From positions 153,258-195,295 of IMG/VR virus record IMGVR_UViG_3300045921_000484: a DNA stretch of 42,038 bases. One strand, written 5' to 3'. The DNA comes from a virus. Taxonomy: Duplodnaviria; Heunggongvirae; Uroviricota; Caudoviricetes. Below the pieces are notes generated by a model. The model was not told the origin of the DNA, did not search any database, and was given only the letters and a program-made list of their open reading frames with translations. How positions within the stretch are numbered: the first letter of the stretch is position 1; the number at the start of each line of letters is the position of its first letter. Of the stretch, positions 1-10,450 are shown piece after piece. Position numbers and translations under genes: made by a program.

Positions 1-1
1 T

Positions 2-2200
2 AATAAAGGATTTATAGGTGGTTCTGGTAGTTATTGGTTAAATCCAAGTAGTCCTCCTGAAAATAAATTAATTTTCGGTGATGGATTGAAATTAGAGTGG
101 GATAGTTTATTCATAAACACGTTTGTTGATATTACTTTACATGGCGCCTCGTCATCATATATTACTGAAAAGTTATTAATCATTAATAAATATGAGTCTA
201 CATTTGCTGGTCAAAAGGGATATGTTATTGAATTTCATAAATCGCTTAATTATCCTTTAAATGTTAATATTGAGTATATATCTATTGTATCAAGAAGGTT
301 CTTATGGCAAATAAGTGAAGATTTAAAAGAGTTAAATAACATTCAAAGACCAAACTCCGTTGTTAAGGAAATTCAATTCGGATATACATATTCGAATTAT
401 GAAAGCGAATTGAACTTTAAGTTTCCAACTGATTCATATGCTAAACTTTTACTATCCGATAGTGATATTGTTAGTAGTTTAAGTGCTATTATATACACTG
501 ATTATAAAAATGAGTTAGCGATGAATATTACCAGATTGGATAGAGAAATTGAGGTTCCTATTATATCAACAACTAACTTTGCGACTGGATCAAATAACTA
601 CCTATATATATCATGTTCTGAAAAGCATGGATTGGTTGAGGGTGATGGTGTTCTACTTGAGTTTAATGGCGGTACTGGTTCTTCACAAACTATTAATCCT
701 CAGTATTTTGGATTTCACACGGTTGGTATTATACCAAGCAATGAATATGACTTCTTTGTATATACCCAGTTTGGATCAGCTTCTATGGTATCTGGAGACC
801 CAGGAATTGTTAAATATGTGAGAAGAGATCCTTTTCTTAATTACCAACCAATTGATTTAATTGATCTTGGTGTTGATAAGAAGACCAAAATAGCTGTTGA
901 TTTGAGGCCAAATAATACTAATTTAGAAGGTTCTATTTATAAATTAGTTGATGTTAATACTAAAAAGTATAAGTTTAAGTTATTTGATGGATTGACATTG
1001 GATATTATTAGCAATCTGTATCCTTGGTTATTAGAGGCTGAGATATCAGATGCTCTAATTGGAATGGATGCAAATCAAAATTTGATTTGGTATAGTGGTA
1101 TTTGGTACTGTGGTAGATGGTTTGGATCATCTAATGGTAAAACAGCTACTTGGGTATCCGGTATTTGGATATCTGGTGATTGGTATGGTGGTATTTGGAA
1201 ATCAAATTCGATAGAAGATAAACTTATTTCAATATCAATTAATAATGAATCTAATAGAACTAATTCTATATGGTTTGATGGTAGATGGTATGATGGTACT
1301 TGGGAAAATGGCACCTGGTACAATGGTAGATGGTATGATGGTACTTGGAAGAACGGAGACTGGTTTAATGGTATATGGAATGATGGTCATTGGTTAGATG
1401 GTAGGTTTATTGGAGGTATTTGGGTTCTTGGTACTTGGTATAATGGTATATTTAACACAGATAATAAGCCTTCATATTGGATTGATGGTAATTGGAATGG
1501 TGGAGACTTTGAGAATGGTATTTGGTACAATGGTGTTTGGGATCAAAAGAATGGTAAGAAGTCCAGATTCGGTGTTAAATCATATAATAGTAGAACATCC
1601 ACTTGGCATGCTGGTAAATGGATTGTTGGTGATTTCCACTCAAGATTAAATTTAAATGATAATGGTCAACCGGATGTTGCTGATGATCATAAACTTTCTA
1701 TATGGAGAACTGGGTTATGGTTATCTGGTAACTGGTATGGTGGTATTGCCTACAATATTGATTTTAGGTCAGGTAACTGGTATGGTGGTATATTGGATGA
1801 TATACAAGTTGTTGGTATTGATACGATTAATAATACAATTGATGTTAATGGTGTATTTAAATTCAATATTGGTGATGAGATATCTATTATTGACAACAAT
1901 ATTGGCAATACATTCTCAATTTATGGAAGCAATGATAACCCATATACATATAAGGTTTTGTATCAAGTTGAAGATCTAATTACTAATTATACAACCCTTT
2001 ATGTAAATAGAGATCTAAGTAATATCGGCACATATTCGTTAACATACTCTCTTAGTGGATATGATTTAGGATTGAGAGTTGTTAGTAAATTTAAGGGATC
2101 TAATTGGGAGTCTGGTATATGGACTAATGGTATTTTTGAAAATGGTAATTGGAACGGTGGTATCTGGTACAATGGTGTATTTAATGGTACTTGGGGATAA
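2..2200 (+). CDS. 5'-truncated large protein with Trp/Gly-rich GxWxxGxW repeats; probable virion protein
   Basis: The frame is open from base 2 (AAT AAA GGA...), so the TTG at 86 is not the true start. The C-terminal half has dozens of G-x-W-x-x repeats (e.g. GTWENGTWYNGRWYDGTW). Confidence 0.8.
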   Translation, partial: NKGFIGGSGSYWLNPSSPPENKLIFGDGLKLEWDSLFINTFVDITLHGASSSYITEKLLIINKYESTFAGQKGYVIEFHKSLNYPLNVNIEYISIVSRRFLWQISEDLKELNNIQRPNSVVKEIQFGYTYSNYESELNFKFPTDSYAKLLLSDSDIVSSLSAIIYTDYKNELAMNITRLDREIEVPIISTTNFATGSNNYLYISCSEKHGLVEGDGVLLEFNGGTGSSQTINPQYFGFHTVGIIPSNEYDFFVYTQFGSASMVSGDPGIVKYVRRDPFLNYQPIDLIDLGVDKKTKIAVDLRPNNTNLEGSIYKLVDVNTKKYKFKLFDGLTLDIISNLYPWLLEAEISDALIGMDANQNLIWYSGIWYCGRWFGSSNGKTATWVSGIWISGDWYGGIWKSNSIEDKLISISINNESNRTNSIWFDGRWYDGTWENGTWYNGRWYDGTWKNGDWFNGIWNDGHWLDGRFIGGIWVLGTWYNGIFNTDNKPSYWIDGNWNGGDFENGIWYNGVWDQKNGKKSRFGVKSYNSRTSTWHAGKWIVGDFHSRLNLNDNGQPDVADDHKLSIWRTGLWLSGNWYGGIAYNIDFRSGNWYGGILDDIQVVGIDTINNTIDVNGVFKFNIGDEISIIDNNIGNTFSIYGSNDNPYTYKVLYQVEDLITNYTTLYVNRDLSNIGTYSLTYSLSGYDLGLRVVSKFKGSNWESGIWTNGIFENGNWNGGIWYNGVFNGTWG

Positions 2201-2216
2201 AATTAGATTATGAATT

Positions 2217-2225
2217 TAATATATA
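2217..2225 (+). promoter_or_regulatory. TAATATATA late-promoter-like motif (representative of about 16 copies)
   Basis: Found shortly upstream of gene starts on the coding strand: 2217, 6439, 8609, 13212(-), 17090(-), 17110, 19493, 21207, 21874(-), 24818(-), 25533(-), 35448(-), 36161(-), 38136, 39978, 41349(-). Confidence 0.7.
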
Positions 2226-2229
2226 GATT

Positions 2230-2616
2230 ATGTTAAAGAGATATTCACAATTTATAAAAGAGGCTGATGAGACGGTAGAGAATAAAACTACTGATTCTAA
2301 TAAATTTACTGAATTCAAAGAGGAATTGAAATCTATGATTGAGAAAACTATTGAGAAATCAGGTGGTGAGTATAAATCATTTTTAGAATCATTTATAAAA
2401 AACCCAACAGATGTTAAAATTGAGGGATTGATAAATGACTCAGATATCTATGATTTTTACCTTAAATGGAGAAATGATATAGATGAAATATTAAATGATT
2501 CTAAATTCTTTGATGAGGTTCCGAGTGAGATTAACTCATTTGGATTATATGACTATATGATAAAAGGAACTCAGAGAGCTATTGAGGAAGCTGTTAAGAT
2601 GTTATCCTCTGTTTGA
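2230..2616 (+). CDS. Hypothetical protein with CTS-like leader (MLKRYSQFIKEA)
   Basis: 128-aa ORF with TAATATATA at 2217-2225 just upstream; the N-terminus resembles T4 MKTYQEFIAE. Confidence 0.75.
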   Translation: MLKRYSQFIKEADETVENKTTDSNKFTEFKEELKSMIEKTIEKSGGEYKSFLESFIKNPTDVKIEGLINDSDIYDFYLKWRNDIDEILNDSKFFDEVPSEINSFGLYDYMIKGTQRAIEEAVKMLSSV

Positions 2617-3069
2617 TGATTCTCTTTTTACTGTAAATTTTTTACTTTTCTTAGAAGTTGCCAACATTTTCATTTTTGTTCCTTTACAAGCATCTATAAG
2701 TATTTTTGATGAAACATCAACCATTCTTAATGTATTATAGATTGCAATAACTTCAACTTTATAAAACAATTCAATATAGTCAAGGCTTCTGATTATATCT
2801 TTAAGACTATTTGATTTTATCCAATTTATTGAGTCTATAACAATAAATGATGTGTCTTCCTCAATTGCGAACTCGATATCGAGCATTATAGGTGAAGTGA
2901 TGTATTTATATTTTATTTTTGGACAAGAAAGTATTTTTCTTTCTAGCGACTTATCGTTATCTAGTGCAAAATATATAACTTTTTTATTTTTTAATGATGT
3001 CTGTTTTTTTGCTATCTCTAAAGCTAAAGATGATTTACCTGAACATCCTTCACCGAAAATTATAGTCAT
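2602..3069 (-). CDS. Small P-loop NTPase, RecA-like core
   Basis: Walker A GEGCSGKS at the N-terminus and Walker B-like IVIDSIN; only 155 aa. Confidence 0.65.
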   Translation of the reverse strand: MTIIFGEGCSGKSSLALEIAKKQTSLKNKKVIYFALDNDKSLERKILSCPKIKYKYITSPIMLDIEFAIEEDTSFIVIDSINWIKSNSLKDIIRSLDYIELFYKVEVIAIYNTLRMVDVSSKILIDACKGTKMKMLATSKKSKKFTVKRESSNRG

Positions 3070-3503
3070 ATGTATGATTTAATAATACTTAAAGTATCGT
3101 AATGTAAATGAAAATGATTTATTATTAAATACAAATATACTAAAAATTTCAGTATTATAAAATGAAGTATTGCTATCTTACCAAATGAAGTAAACTTTAT
3201 AGGTCTTATTAAAAATCCTATTATTATAGAGTAAATAAAAAGAAATAAGAAAATATACCAACTACCTGTTAGTAATCCACCAAGAGCCCACATAAATTCT
3301 ATAAAATTTAGAACAGATATACCTAAGAAAAGATTTAATTCTTCTTTTGATCTATAATCTTCTTTTTGAGGATCTTTTCCGGTTACATTTTTGAATTTCT
3401 CAACCCATTCACTTATAGATTGTATCTTTTTGAATCTTGATATATATGATATTATAGATATTAAAATGAACAGACCTATAGCGTAGTATATGTGACCTAA
3501 CAT
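3066..3503 (-). CDS. Membrane protein (3-4 hydrophobic segments)
   Basis: 145 aa with several long hydrophobic stretches; overlaps the start of the next gene by 4 nt (coupling). Confidence 0.7.
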   Translation of the reverse strand: MLGHIYYAIGLFILISIISYISRFKKIQSISEWVEKFKNVTGKDPQKEDYRSKEELNLFLGISVLNFIEFMWALGGLLTGSWYIFLFLFIYSIIIGFLIRPIKFTSFGKIAILHFIILKFLVYLYLIINHFHLHYDTLSIIKSYI

Positions 3504-3619
3504 TTTTTATTATTATTATTTTTTTTTATATGTGAAAACTTGACTTTGTTTAATCCTTTTTATTACAAACAGAAGTTGTGAATAATTATATATAGTTAAT
3601 AAAATCTAATTAAAAATAA

Positions 3620-6403
3620 ATGGCCTCTACACCTCTGTATAAGTTTTTAAAGTCAAATGGTACATCATTTTATGCTTTTCCAGGAGCGGCTGAAGATATA
3701 TCTGCAGCATATCAGAATGAAAATTACAAAATGTATTTTTCAAAATATATATTGTTGAATTTTCCAAAACAACAACTTATTAATCTCGGTGGTACACAAG
3801 CAACTCCAATATATTGGAACTTTGATAATTTTAAGAAATCAAAAAATGCAACGCCTCCAACTAACTATTCTGAACAACTAATTGAGTCATTAAGAAACTA
3901 TGTTGCTAATCAAGAAGTGGTTATAAAAGAATCTAGATTAAATAATAGTGAATATTATTACGATAATAATGAACCTTATACACCAACCGAGAAAATATTT
4001 TGGAAGTGGTGTAAAAAGTTAAATCTTATAGATTTTGAACCAGCAACACCTGAAGATGAGTACTTTTCAAATCTTGCTGAATTTGCTAGTAGAAACCCAT
4101 TAGATGATACTTATTTTCCAGAATATCTTTGGAGAGAAAGAGAAGTATTTCCTTGGCCTATATACTCTTTCTATGAAAGTAATGTTATATCACAGAAGTT
4201 AGAGGTTCAATTTTTCTCAACAACTAATTTTAGAGTAGGTGATATTGTTAAATTCTCAAATGTTAGTAATGTGACTAATTATGAGATTCCTGGGATTGAG
4301 GAAGGTACATTACAAATGCAAGTTTTAAAAGTGATACCTGCTGGTGCTACACAAGGTCAAAAAGTTATTTTTGACCTTGATAGTGGTGATGGTGATTTTA
4401 TTTTAACTTCTGAGATATTAGAAACTACTGGTACTGCTGAATTGGTATATCATAGATTAGTTCAATATATTGGTGAGGTTAATGGTATTAATAATGTTCA
4501 GGAGGCTAATAGATCATATACTGAGGTATATGCTTTGATTCCTGACCATACTGGTAGAACGCCAGATGTACTATTTAGAATACATTCTGATAATAACTAT
4601 AAGCCAAATTTAGTATTTCCTATTATACCTAGTCAATATCAACCAGAGATTATAGGAGCCGAGTTATTTACATCACCAATAGTTAATACACCTCAAAATT
4701 ATCCAGGTAGTTATTTTGGTCATTTTGATACGGAAGACTATACATATGAATTATCTACCGGTGATATGATAAGAAGAAGCGGTGATTATTATGGTATAAA
4801 TGGTGATATAAATGCCCCTATTATAGACGGGTCGACAATTGATGGTGTTATAGTTGATTTTAACACAAATCACTATGTTAAAATGAATATTAATGGTGGA
4901 GTTTTAAGGACATTTGATCAATTTAATGCTCTTGAAGTTAATAATGAGCCACCAAAGGATTTTGATTTTAATGCTATATTATGGTATTATACAATAGAGG
5001 ATATTAACGGAAATGTTTCAACTAACCTTTATGGTATATCTTTCTTGGATCACCCAGATAACAACCCAGTTAATGAAGAAACTTCAATAAGACTTCCACT
5101 TTTCAAGAAGTTAGTTACTAATGGAATGCAAGATGGTACATCTTATGCGTTTAGTTTAAATCTGAGTTTCAACATTATCAATGAGAATCCACAGGATTCT
5201 TATAATCCTGAGGCTATTAATACTCTTTATAGCATGAATAACTTTAATGATGCTATGGCGAGATTAGCATCTATTAATGATAGCTTTCTTAATATACTCG
5301 CTGAACAAATTACAATAAAAGAAGAGATCGAGAATATAAGACAACTGTTATATACTCAAACTGATATTAATACATTAAATGCTAGAATGAAATATCTTGA
5401 AGGGTTACTTCAACTGTATAAAACAAATCAGATTCAAGATTCCGATAGTATAAAAGTTATTGTTGAACAATTACCAGACTTCTCATCATTGAAATTGGAA
5501 AACATAGATACTTCATATAAGCAGATTATTAAAATAAATACAACTGATTTATATACTACTCAAGGTATTATACCTATGAACATCAATGTTCCTGAGAATA
5601 AGAATTTTCTTATTCAAGTTACGAATAATGATGAAGTTGATATTACATTGCCTAATGAGGATAAATTAACAATCGTATTGGATAGAGATTTGGATTATAG
5701 ACAATCTTGTTACATTTTAGTTGATTCAAATGCTTTATCAACACAAAATAAAAAACTGGATATATATATTAAGTATATGGTTGATAGCTCAACACCGGAA
5801 GATGTGGAGAATGCTGGTTCAAATATTCAATCAAATGTTCCGGTTATTAATCCATTAGATAACTTACCAGTTGAAACACCTATTATTACTGATATAGATT
5901 TGCCAATATTTTATAATAGTGTTACTCAACAGCCTAATTTATCAAGTATAAGTAATAAGTTTAACTTTGACATTAATTTAAATCAACCTATAATATTAAA
6001 TGCAGGTAATATATTGGAGGTTCCTTTAAATGCTCATTATATGTTAGTAAATAACTCTATTAAACAGGGTGATACTTTAATGCTAAATGACTTCCAGGTT
6101 GGTACTACTTCAGTATTTAACTTCTCAGGTCAATATAGGGTTGATAGTGTTGGTGTTACCAATTCATATTTATACTTAGACATTAGTTCTAATTCTCAAT
6201 TAGTAGCTTATGGCGCAAGTGCTACACTTCCTAAATATATACATGACCCTATTGGTTATTATGGTACATATTCAACAGAGTTATCAAATATACCATATTT
6301 CACACTTAATAAGGGTTATAGATTTAAGATAACTAGAGTTGATGAGTCTAATAGTTCATCAATTGAGAATAGATATCTAATAGAAACCGAATATCTTATA
6401 TGA
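3620..6403 (+). CDS. Large putative virion structural protein (927 aa)
   Basis: Long ORF, N/T/I/D-rich beta-type composition, a short coiled-coil segment near aa 550-600, a TTATATATA motif upstream and a structural-gene neighbourhood. No specific family recognised. Confidence 0.7.
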   Translation: MASTPLYKFLKSNGTSFYAFPGAAEDISAAYQNENYKMYFSKYILLNFPKQQLINLGGTQATPIYWNFDNFKKSKNATPPTNYSEQLIESLRNYVANQEVVIKESRLNNSEYYYDNNEPYTPTEKIFWKWCKKLNLIDFEPATPEDEYFSNLAEFASRNPLDDTYFPEYLWREREVFPWPIYSFYESNVISQKLEVQFFSTTNFRVGDIVKFSNVSNVTNYEIPGIEEGTLQMQVLKVIPAGATQGQKVIFDLDSGDGDFILTSEILETTGTAELVYHRLVQYIGEVNGINNVQEANRSYTEVYALIPDHTGRTPDVLFRIHSDNNYKPNLVFPIIPSQYQPEIIGAELFTSPIVNTPQNYPGSYFGHFDTEDYTYELSTGDMIRRSGDYYGINGDINAPIIDGSTIDGVIVDFNTNHYVKMNINGGVLRTFDQFNALEVNNEPPKDFDFNAILWYYTIEDINGNVSTNLYGISFLDHPDNNPVNEETSIRLPLFKKLVTNGMQDGTSYAFSLNLSFNIINENPQDSYNPEAINTLYSMNNFNDAMARLASINDSFLNILAEQITIKEEIENIRQLLYTQTDINTLNARMKYLEGLLQLYKTNQIQDSDSIKVIVEQLPDFSSLKLENIDTSYKQIIKINTTDLYTTQGIIPMNINVPENKNFLIQVTNNDEVDITLPNEDKLTIVLDRDLDYRQSCYILVDSNALSTQNKKLDIYIKYMVDSSTPEDVENAGSNIQSNVPVINPLDNLPVETPIITDIDLPIFYNSVTQQPNLSSISNKFNFDINLNQPIILNAGNILEVPLNAHYMLVNNSIKQGDTLMLNDFQVGTTSVFNFSGQYRVDSVGVTNSYLYLDISSNSQLVAYGASATLPKYIHDPIGYYGTYSTELSNIPYFTLNKGYRFKITRVDESNSSSIENRYLIETEYLI

Positions 6404-6469
6404 ATCACACATTAGATTATAAAATGACTATTTATTTTTAATATATAAATTAAAATTAAATAGTCGTTT

Positions 6470-7609
6470 ATGTCAACAATAGGATGTGGTGGTAATTCCT
6501 TATTTGGACCTAGTAGTCAATATATAAAAACTAACGGTGGCGACTTCATTTCAATTGAAGGAGCTAATATAAGAGAGAGGCTTATACTATCGGACTTGAG
6601 GATTCCATATAAGCAGATTTTAAAAAGTAGAATAATACTAAAAGCCGGTCAGGTTAATTACTTACTAAACCATTTAGGTTTGGGTGATAATGCAACATTT
6701 TTAGCAATAAAAGCCACCTATGATGCTAAATCAGTTATTGAAGCTGATAATTATGTTATTTGGAACTATTACAACGACTTTTATAGAAACTATTACTTTG
6801 CGCAGATGATGGTATTAACCGGTAATTCTACAAACAGAGTTCAACAGATTTATCTATCTAACCCAAATACTAAATATCCGGTATATCTTGATGTGATGGT
6901 TGCAGTTATTGATGATAACTATTCATTCTTCACAGATACAATAAATCAATCAGGTAGATCATTTGTTGGTCTTGAATATACTGATATTAAAACACATATT
7001 ATTGGTGAGTCTATCGTTATAAATGATAAGAGTAATCCTCCAAGACCATTGGTTTACATAATGTTGGTCAATATACAATCTATTGAGAGAGTAGGTAATA
7101 TTTTAACAATATATGATTCAAGTTTGGGACCTATCTTCTTACAGTTTTTGACAGAGTTTGATGCTGTACAGGCTCAATCATTAATTAATTATGTATTAGA
7201 AAATCCAAGTGTTGATATAGATGATATAGATCCACTTGAAGATTTAGTTCCACCTATTATATTCTTTAACTCAACATTCAATCCTTATGGTGATTTTATT
7301 GCATTAAATGGCGCAACATATGGTGTTCCTTATAATAGTTCACAAGGTGTTACATTTAGTACAAGCACATCATTATATAGTTATGGTGGAATTATTAATA
7401 AGACTGATATACTAAATGGACTTATTGATATTGTAACAGATAATAGAGATGGTGCTATAACATTAACATCATCAAGTGTTGTTATAACCGATAATTTAAA
7501 CAATAATTATAATACTATAACAGCAACAGGATCATACATTATTACATTTAACTTTAGTGATATAGCAACTAATAGTCCTAATGTATTAGTTAATATTAAT
7601 GTTATATAA
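6470..7609 (+). CDS. Putative virion structural protein (379 aa) with Ig-like C-terminus
   Basis: TAATATATA at 6439-6447; C-terminal beta-rich segment (VTDNRDGAITL...GSYIITFNFSDIATN). Confidence 0.65.
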   Translation: MSTIGCGGNSLFGPSSQYIKTNGGDFISIEGANIRERLILSDLRIPYKQILKSRIILKAGQVNYLLNHLGLGDNATFLAIKATYDAKSVIEADNYVIWNYYNDFYRNYYFAQMMVLTGNSTNRVQQIYLSNPNTKYPVYLDVMVAVIDDNYSFFTDTINQSGRSFVGLEYTDIKTHIIGESIVINDKSNPPRPLVYIMLVNIQSIERVGNILTIYDSSLGPIFLQFLTEFDAVQAQSLINYVLENPSVDIDDIDPLEDLVPPIIFFNSTFNPYGDFIALNGATYGVPYNSSQGVTFSTSTSLYSYGGIINKTDILNGLIDIVTDNRDGAITLTSSSVVITDNLNNNYNTITATGSYIITFNFSDIATNSPNVLVNINVI

Positions 7610-7626
7610 AAATTATATTTTATTAG

Positions 7627-8586
7627 ATGAATTTTAGTTTGGATAAGTTTTTAAAGCCATTGTCGGATTCAGATAGAAATATACAGATCTACAACAATAA
7701 TGATGTAGTTCAATTTACTATTAATCCATTTTCTGTAACAAGACTTAATATATCTAATAATCTTTTGAGAATAAATTTAAAGTATAATAAGGTTCACTCA
7801 TTAGACTTTAGAACAATCAATGAAGCTAAAGCGGCTTTAATTAAATTACAGGAACAATTAGATATTTTAAGGACTAAGGTTCCTTACTCTATTGATAAGC
7901 AGATTCAGAACTATATTGACTTCAATAATAATGTTATTAGTCAACAAAATACAGGTAGTAGAAAAGGTGATATATTAATTGAAGATCTATGGGTTGAATC
8001 TAATTTAATACCAACAGATATAAATGATGCTTTATCATCCACAATAGTTGCATCATCATCTGCAACTATGAGTTGGGTTCAGAATAGTTATTCATTTGTG
8101 ATCGATCCAAACCAAAAGACAAGAGTTGTTCCGGATGATTATGGTGATTTTTATCAACCATTATTATTCTCATCAGTTGACATGACACCTATATCAGCGA
8201 CAAGTATTCCATATTGGAAAATATCAGGAGATGTAATTACATTCTATGGTGGATTTCCATCTACTCCCGTTGTTACTCCAACTAATCCACCAATTATTAA
8301 ATATTTCAAATATACTGGTAGATTAGGTAGTTTTAATTTTGTTGGTGGATTAACGAATATAATTGAGACAACAGGAACATCTAATATAATACCACTAACT
8401 TCTAATATAAGAAGAGATAATATAATATCGGTTACTATAAATGGTATATTGATTTATAGATGGACATATAATTCACTTAATGAATTGATTATTGATGAGG
8501 CGTCACTTGGTTATCAAGTTGAACCAACTGACCTTATAAGAATAGAAACTAACACTGAACCAGGTGGTAGTTTTTCAGTGATATAG
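7627..8586 (+). CDS. Putative virion structural protein (319 aa)
   Basis: Long ORF co-oriented within the structural block. Confidence 0.6.
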   Translation: MNFSLDKFLKPLSDSDRNIQIYNNNDVVQFTINPFSVTRLNISNNLLRINLKYNKVHSLDFRTINEAKAALIKLQEQLDILRTKVPYSIDKQIQNYIDFNNNVISQQNTGSRKGDILIEDLWVESNLIPTDINDALSSTIVASSSATMSWVQNSYSFVIDPNQKTRVVPDDYGDFYQPLLFSSVDMTPISATSIPYWKISGDVITFYGGFPSTPVVTPTNPPIIKYFKYTGRLGSFNFVGGLTNIIETTGTSNIIPLTSNIRRDNIISVTINGILIYRWTYNSLNELIIDEASLGYQVEPTDLIRIETNTEPGGSFSVI

Positions 8587-8639
8587 GAAAAAAATTAATA
8601 ATTTTAAATAATATATAGAATAGAAAAAAACACTACGAT

Positions 8640-10430
8640 ATGAACGGTAAAATTCACGGTAAACAAATTAGAGATACATCGATAGATTTATTAAAATTGG
8701 ATATTTCTGGCGGTCAAGGTGCCTACCTTTTTGGCACAGGATCATATTTAGGGACATATGAAGTTCCTAATATTCCACAGGCTTTCGTCACAAAACAATA
8801 TGTTGATTCACTTTCTTCTGGGTTAGATCCAAAAGAATCTGTTTATTTAGTATCAGTTAATAATATTCCATCATTATCTGGTATACAAATCATAGATGGC
8901 GTAACAGCATCTGTTGGATCAAGAGTATTATTAGTTGGTCAATCAAGCGCGGTAGATAATGGTATCTATGTTGTTGGTGTTACTGCTTGGTCAAGAGCTG
9001 ATGATTCAGATGGTGATCCAGGAAATGAAGTTTCTTTAGGAAATTATACATTTGTTGAGAGAGGTGTAACATATAGTCAGACAGGTTGGATTCTATATGA
9101 CACAGATGCTCCAGGTTCTACGGTTTCTGTTGGTGTTAACACTCAATATTGGACGCAGTTTAATGGAGCTGGCTCATTTACATGGGGTGAGGGTTTATCA
9201 AATACTGGAAACAATATATTCGTTGACTTAGATCCTAATTCTGGTTTAACTTTCTCAACGAGTAAATTAAAAATTGCCGATTATGTTGCTGGTAATGGTT
9301 TGACAATTAATAATGGTATTTTATCGGTTGGTTCCGGTAATGGTATAATAGTTAATCCCAATACTGTTGATATTAATTATGTCCAAGTATCTGAAGGTCT
9401 TGAAGGAAATGGGTTAACTGCATCTGGTGGTAAATTAAATGTTAATACATCAAACGGATTAACAATAATAAATGACTCAGTTCAGATATCCGATACTGTT
9501 GCTGGGGATGGTTTAACATTCTCATCGGGAGTTATTAATATAACTGGTTCTACGGCTATCGGAGTTAATTCAGATAGTATATATGTTAAATATGACCCAA
9601 CAACAATCTCTATTGATGGTAACGGAGCACTAACTGTTATAAGTGCTGGTGATGCTATACTTGATATAGTTGCTGGTAGAGGTATTAGTGGTAATCAATT
9701 AAGTGGTCCTACTGCTTCACTTGATGTCGAATTGACAGATAACGGTGGTTTAACGTTCTCAGGTAGTGGTACTGGTTCTACTGTACAAGTAGATTATTCA
9801 ATTGTTGCTCTTCAATTAGAAGGGAGTGGTTTAACTGCATCCGGTGGTAAATTAAACGTTAATACAGCAAATGGTCTAACAATAAACAATGATAATGTTG
9901 AGGTGGCATCCTCAATAGCTGGAAATGGCTTATCATTTACAGCGGGAGTAATCGATATAAATGTTATAAAAGGTGTTACTTTTAGTGGCGATGCTTTATT
10001 TGCGGACGCTGATACAATATTAACAACATCTAATTTACCTACTATATCAGTAGCTACTAATTCAACAATTCAATCAGCTTTAACAGCTATTGATAATAAA
10101 TTATCTACTGTTGGTGCGCAAGAGAACATAGCTATAATGAATGTGCCAACTGGAACATTTCCTAAGAATATAAACTTACCACAAAATGTCTTAGGTTATA
10201 CATTCTCAATTCCATCTGATGGAATTGCACAAATTTTTATAAATGGGGCATTTGTTTTACCGACAACTGCTACACTATCAGCAGCGGCTTACTTCTCTAC
10301 TGATAATGGGGCTAGTGGTACAATTACTGTTGAAAATGGTTCAGTTTTATATATAAATCCAAATGTATTGGATTATACAATAGATAATACAGATGTTATA
10401 ACAGTTCACTACTTAACAAGAGTTTCTTAA
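8640..10430 (+). CDS. Tail/head fibre-like protein (596 aa)
   Basis: Contains the fibre motif TKQYVDS..GLDPKESV...LSGIQIIDGV...RVLLVGQS.AVDNGIYVV..AWSRADD, followed by many GNGL/GDGL-type Gly-rich shaft repeats. TAATATATA at 8609-8617. Confidence 0.75.
   Translation: MNGKIHGKQIRDTSIDLLKLDISGGQGAYLFGTGSYLGTYEVPNIPQAFVTKQYVDSLSSGLDPKESVYLVSVNNIPSLSGIQIIDGVTASVGSRVLLVGQSSAVDNGIYVVGVTAWSRADDSDGDPGNEVSLGNYTFVERGVTYSQTGWILYDTDAPGSTVSVGVNTQYWTQFNGAGSFTWGEGLSNTGNNIFVDLDPNSGLTFSTSKLKIADYVAGNGLTINNGILSVGSGNGIIVNPNTVDINYVQVSEGLEGNGLTASGGKLNVNTSNGLTIINDSVQISDTVAGDGLTFSSGVINITGSTAIGVNSDSIYVKYDPTTISIDGNGALTVISAGDAILDIVAGRGISGNQLSGPTASLDVELTDNGGLTFSGSGTGSTVQVDYSIVALQLEGSGLTASGGKLNVNTANGLTINNDNVEVASSIAGNGLSFTAGVIDINVIKGVTFSGDALFADADTILTTSNLPTISVATNSTIQSALTAIDNKLSTVGAQENIAIMNVPTGTFPKNINLPQNVLGYTFSIPSDGIAQIFINGAFVLPTTATLSAAAYFSTDNGASGTITVENGSVLYINPNVLDYTIDNTDVITVHYLTRVS
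9398..9958 (+). repeat. Internal duplication in the fibre shaft
   Basis: LEGNGLTASGGKLNVNTSNGLTI... (about 9400-9540) is repeated as LEGSGLTASGGKLNVNTANGLTI... (about 9815-9958); similarity is visible at DNA level. Confidence 0.75.
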
Positions 10431-10450
10431 TAAGGATATAAAAAAACCTC

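Noticed and set aside
549-1979. Track ORFs overlapping long genes (e.g. 549-821, 1075-1323, 1398-1649, 1656-1979; likewise 2852, 10530, 11186, 12069, 12535, 14522, 15155, 15709, 18372, 22078, 22531, 24208, 26371, 29460, 31416, 32555, 33568, 35195, 35782, 40720)
   Set aside because: Shadow frames inside better-supported genes; no motifs and no promoter element.
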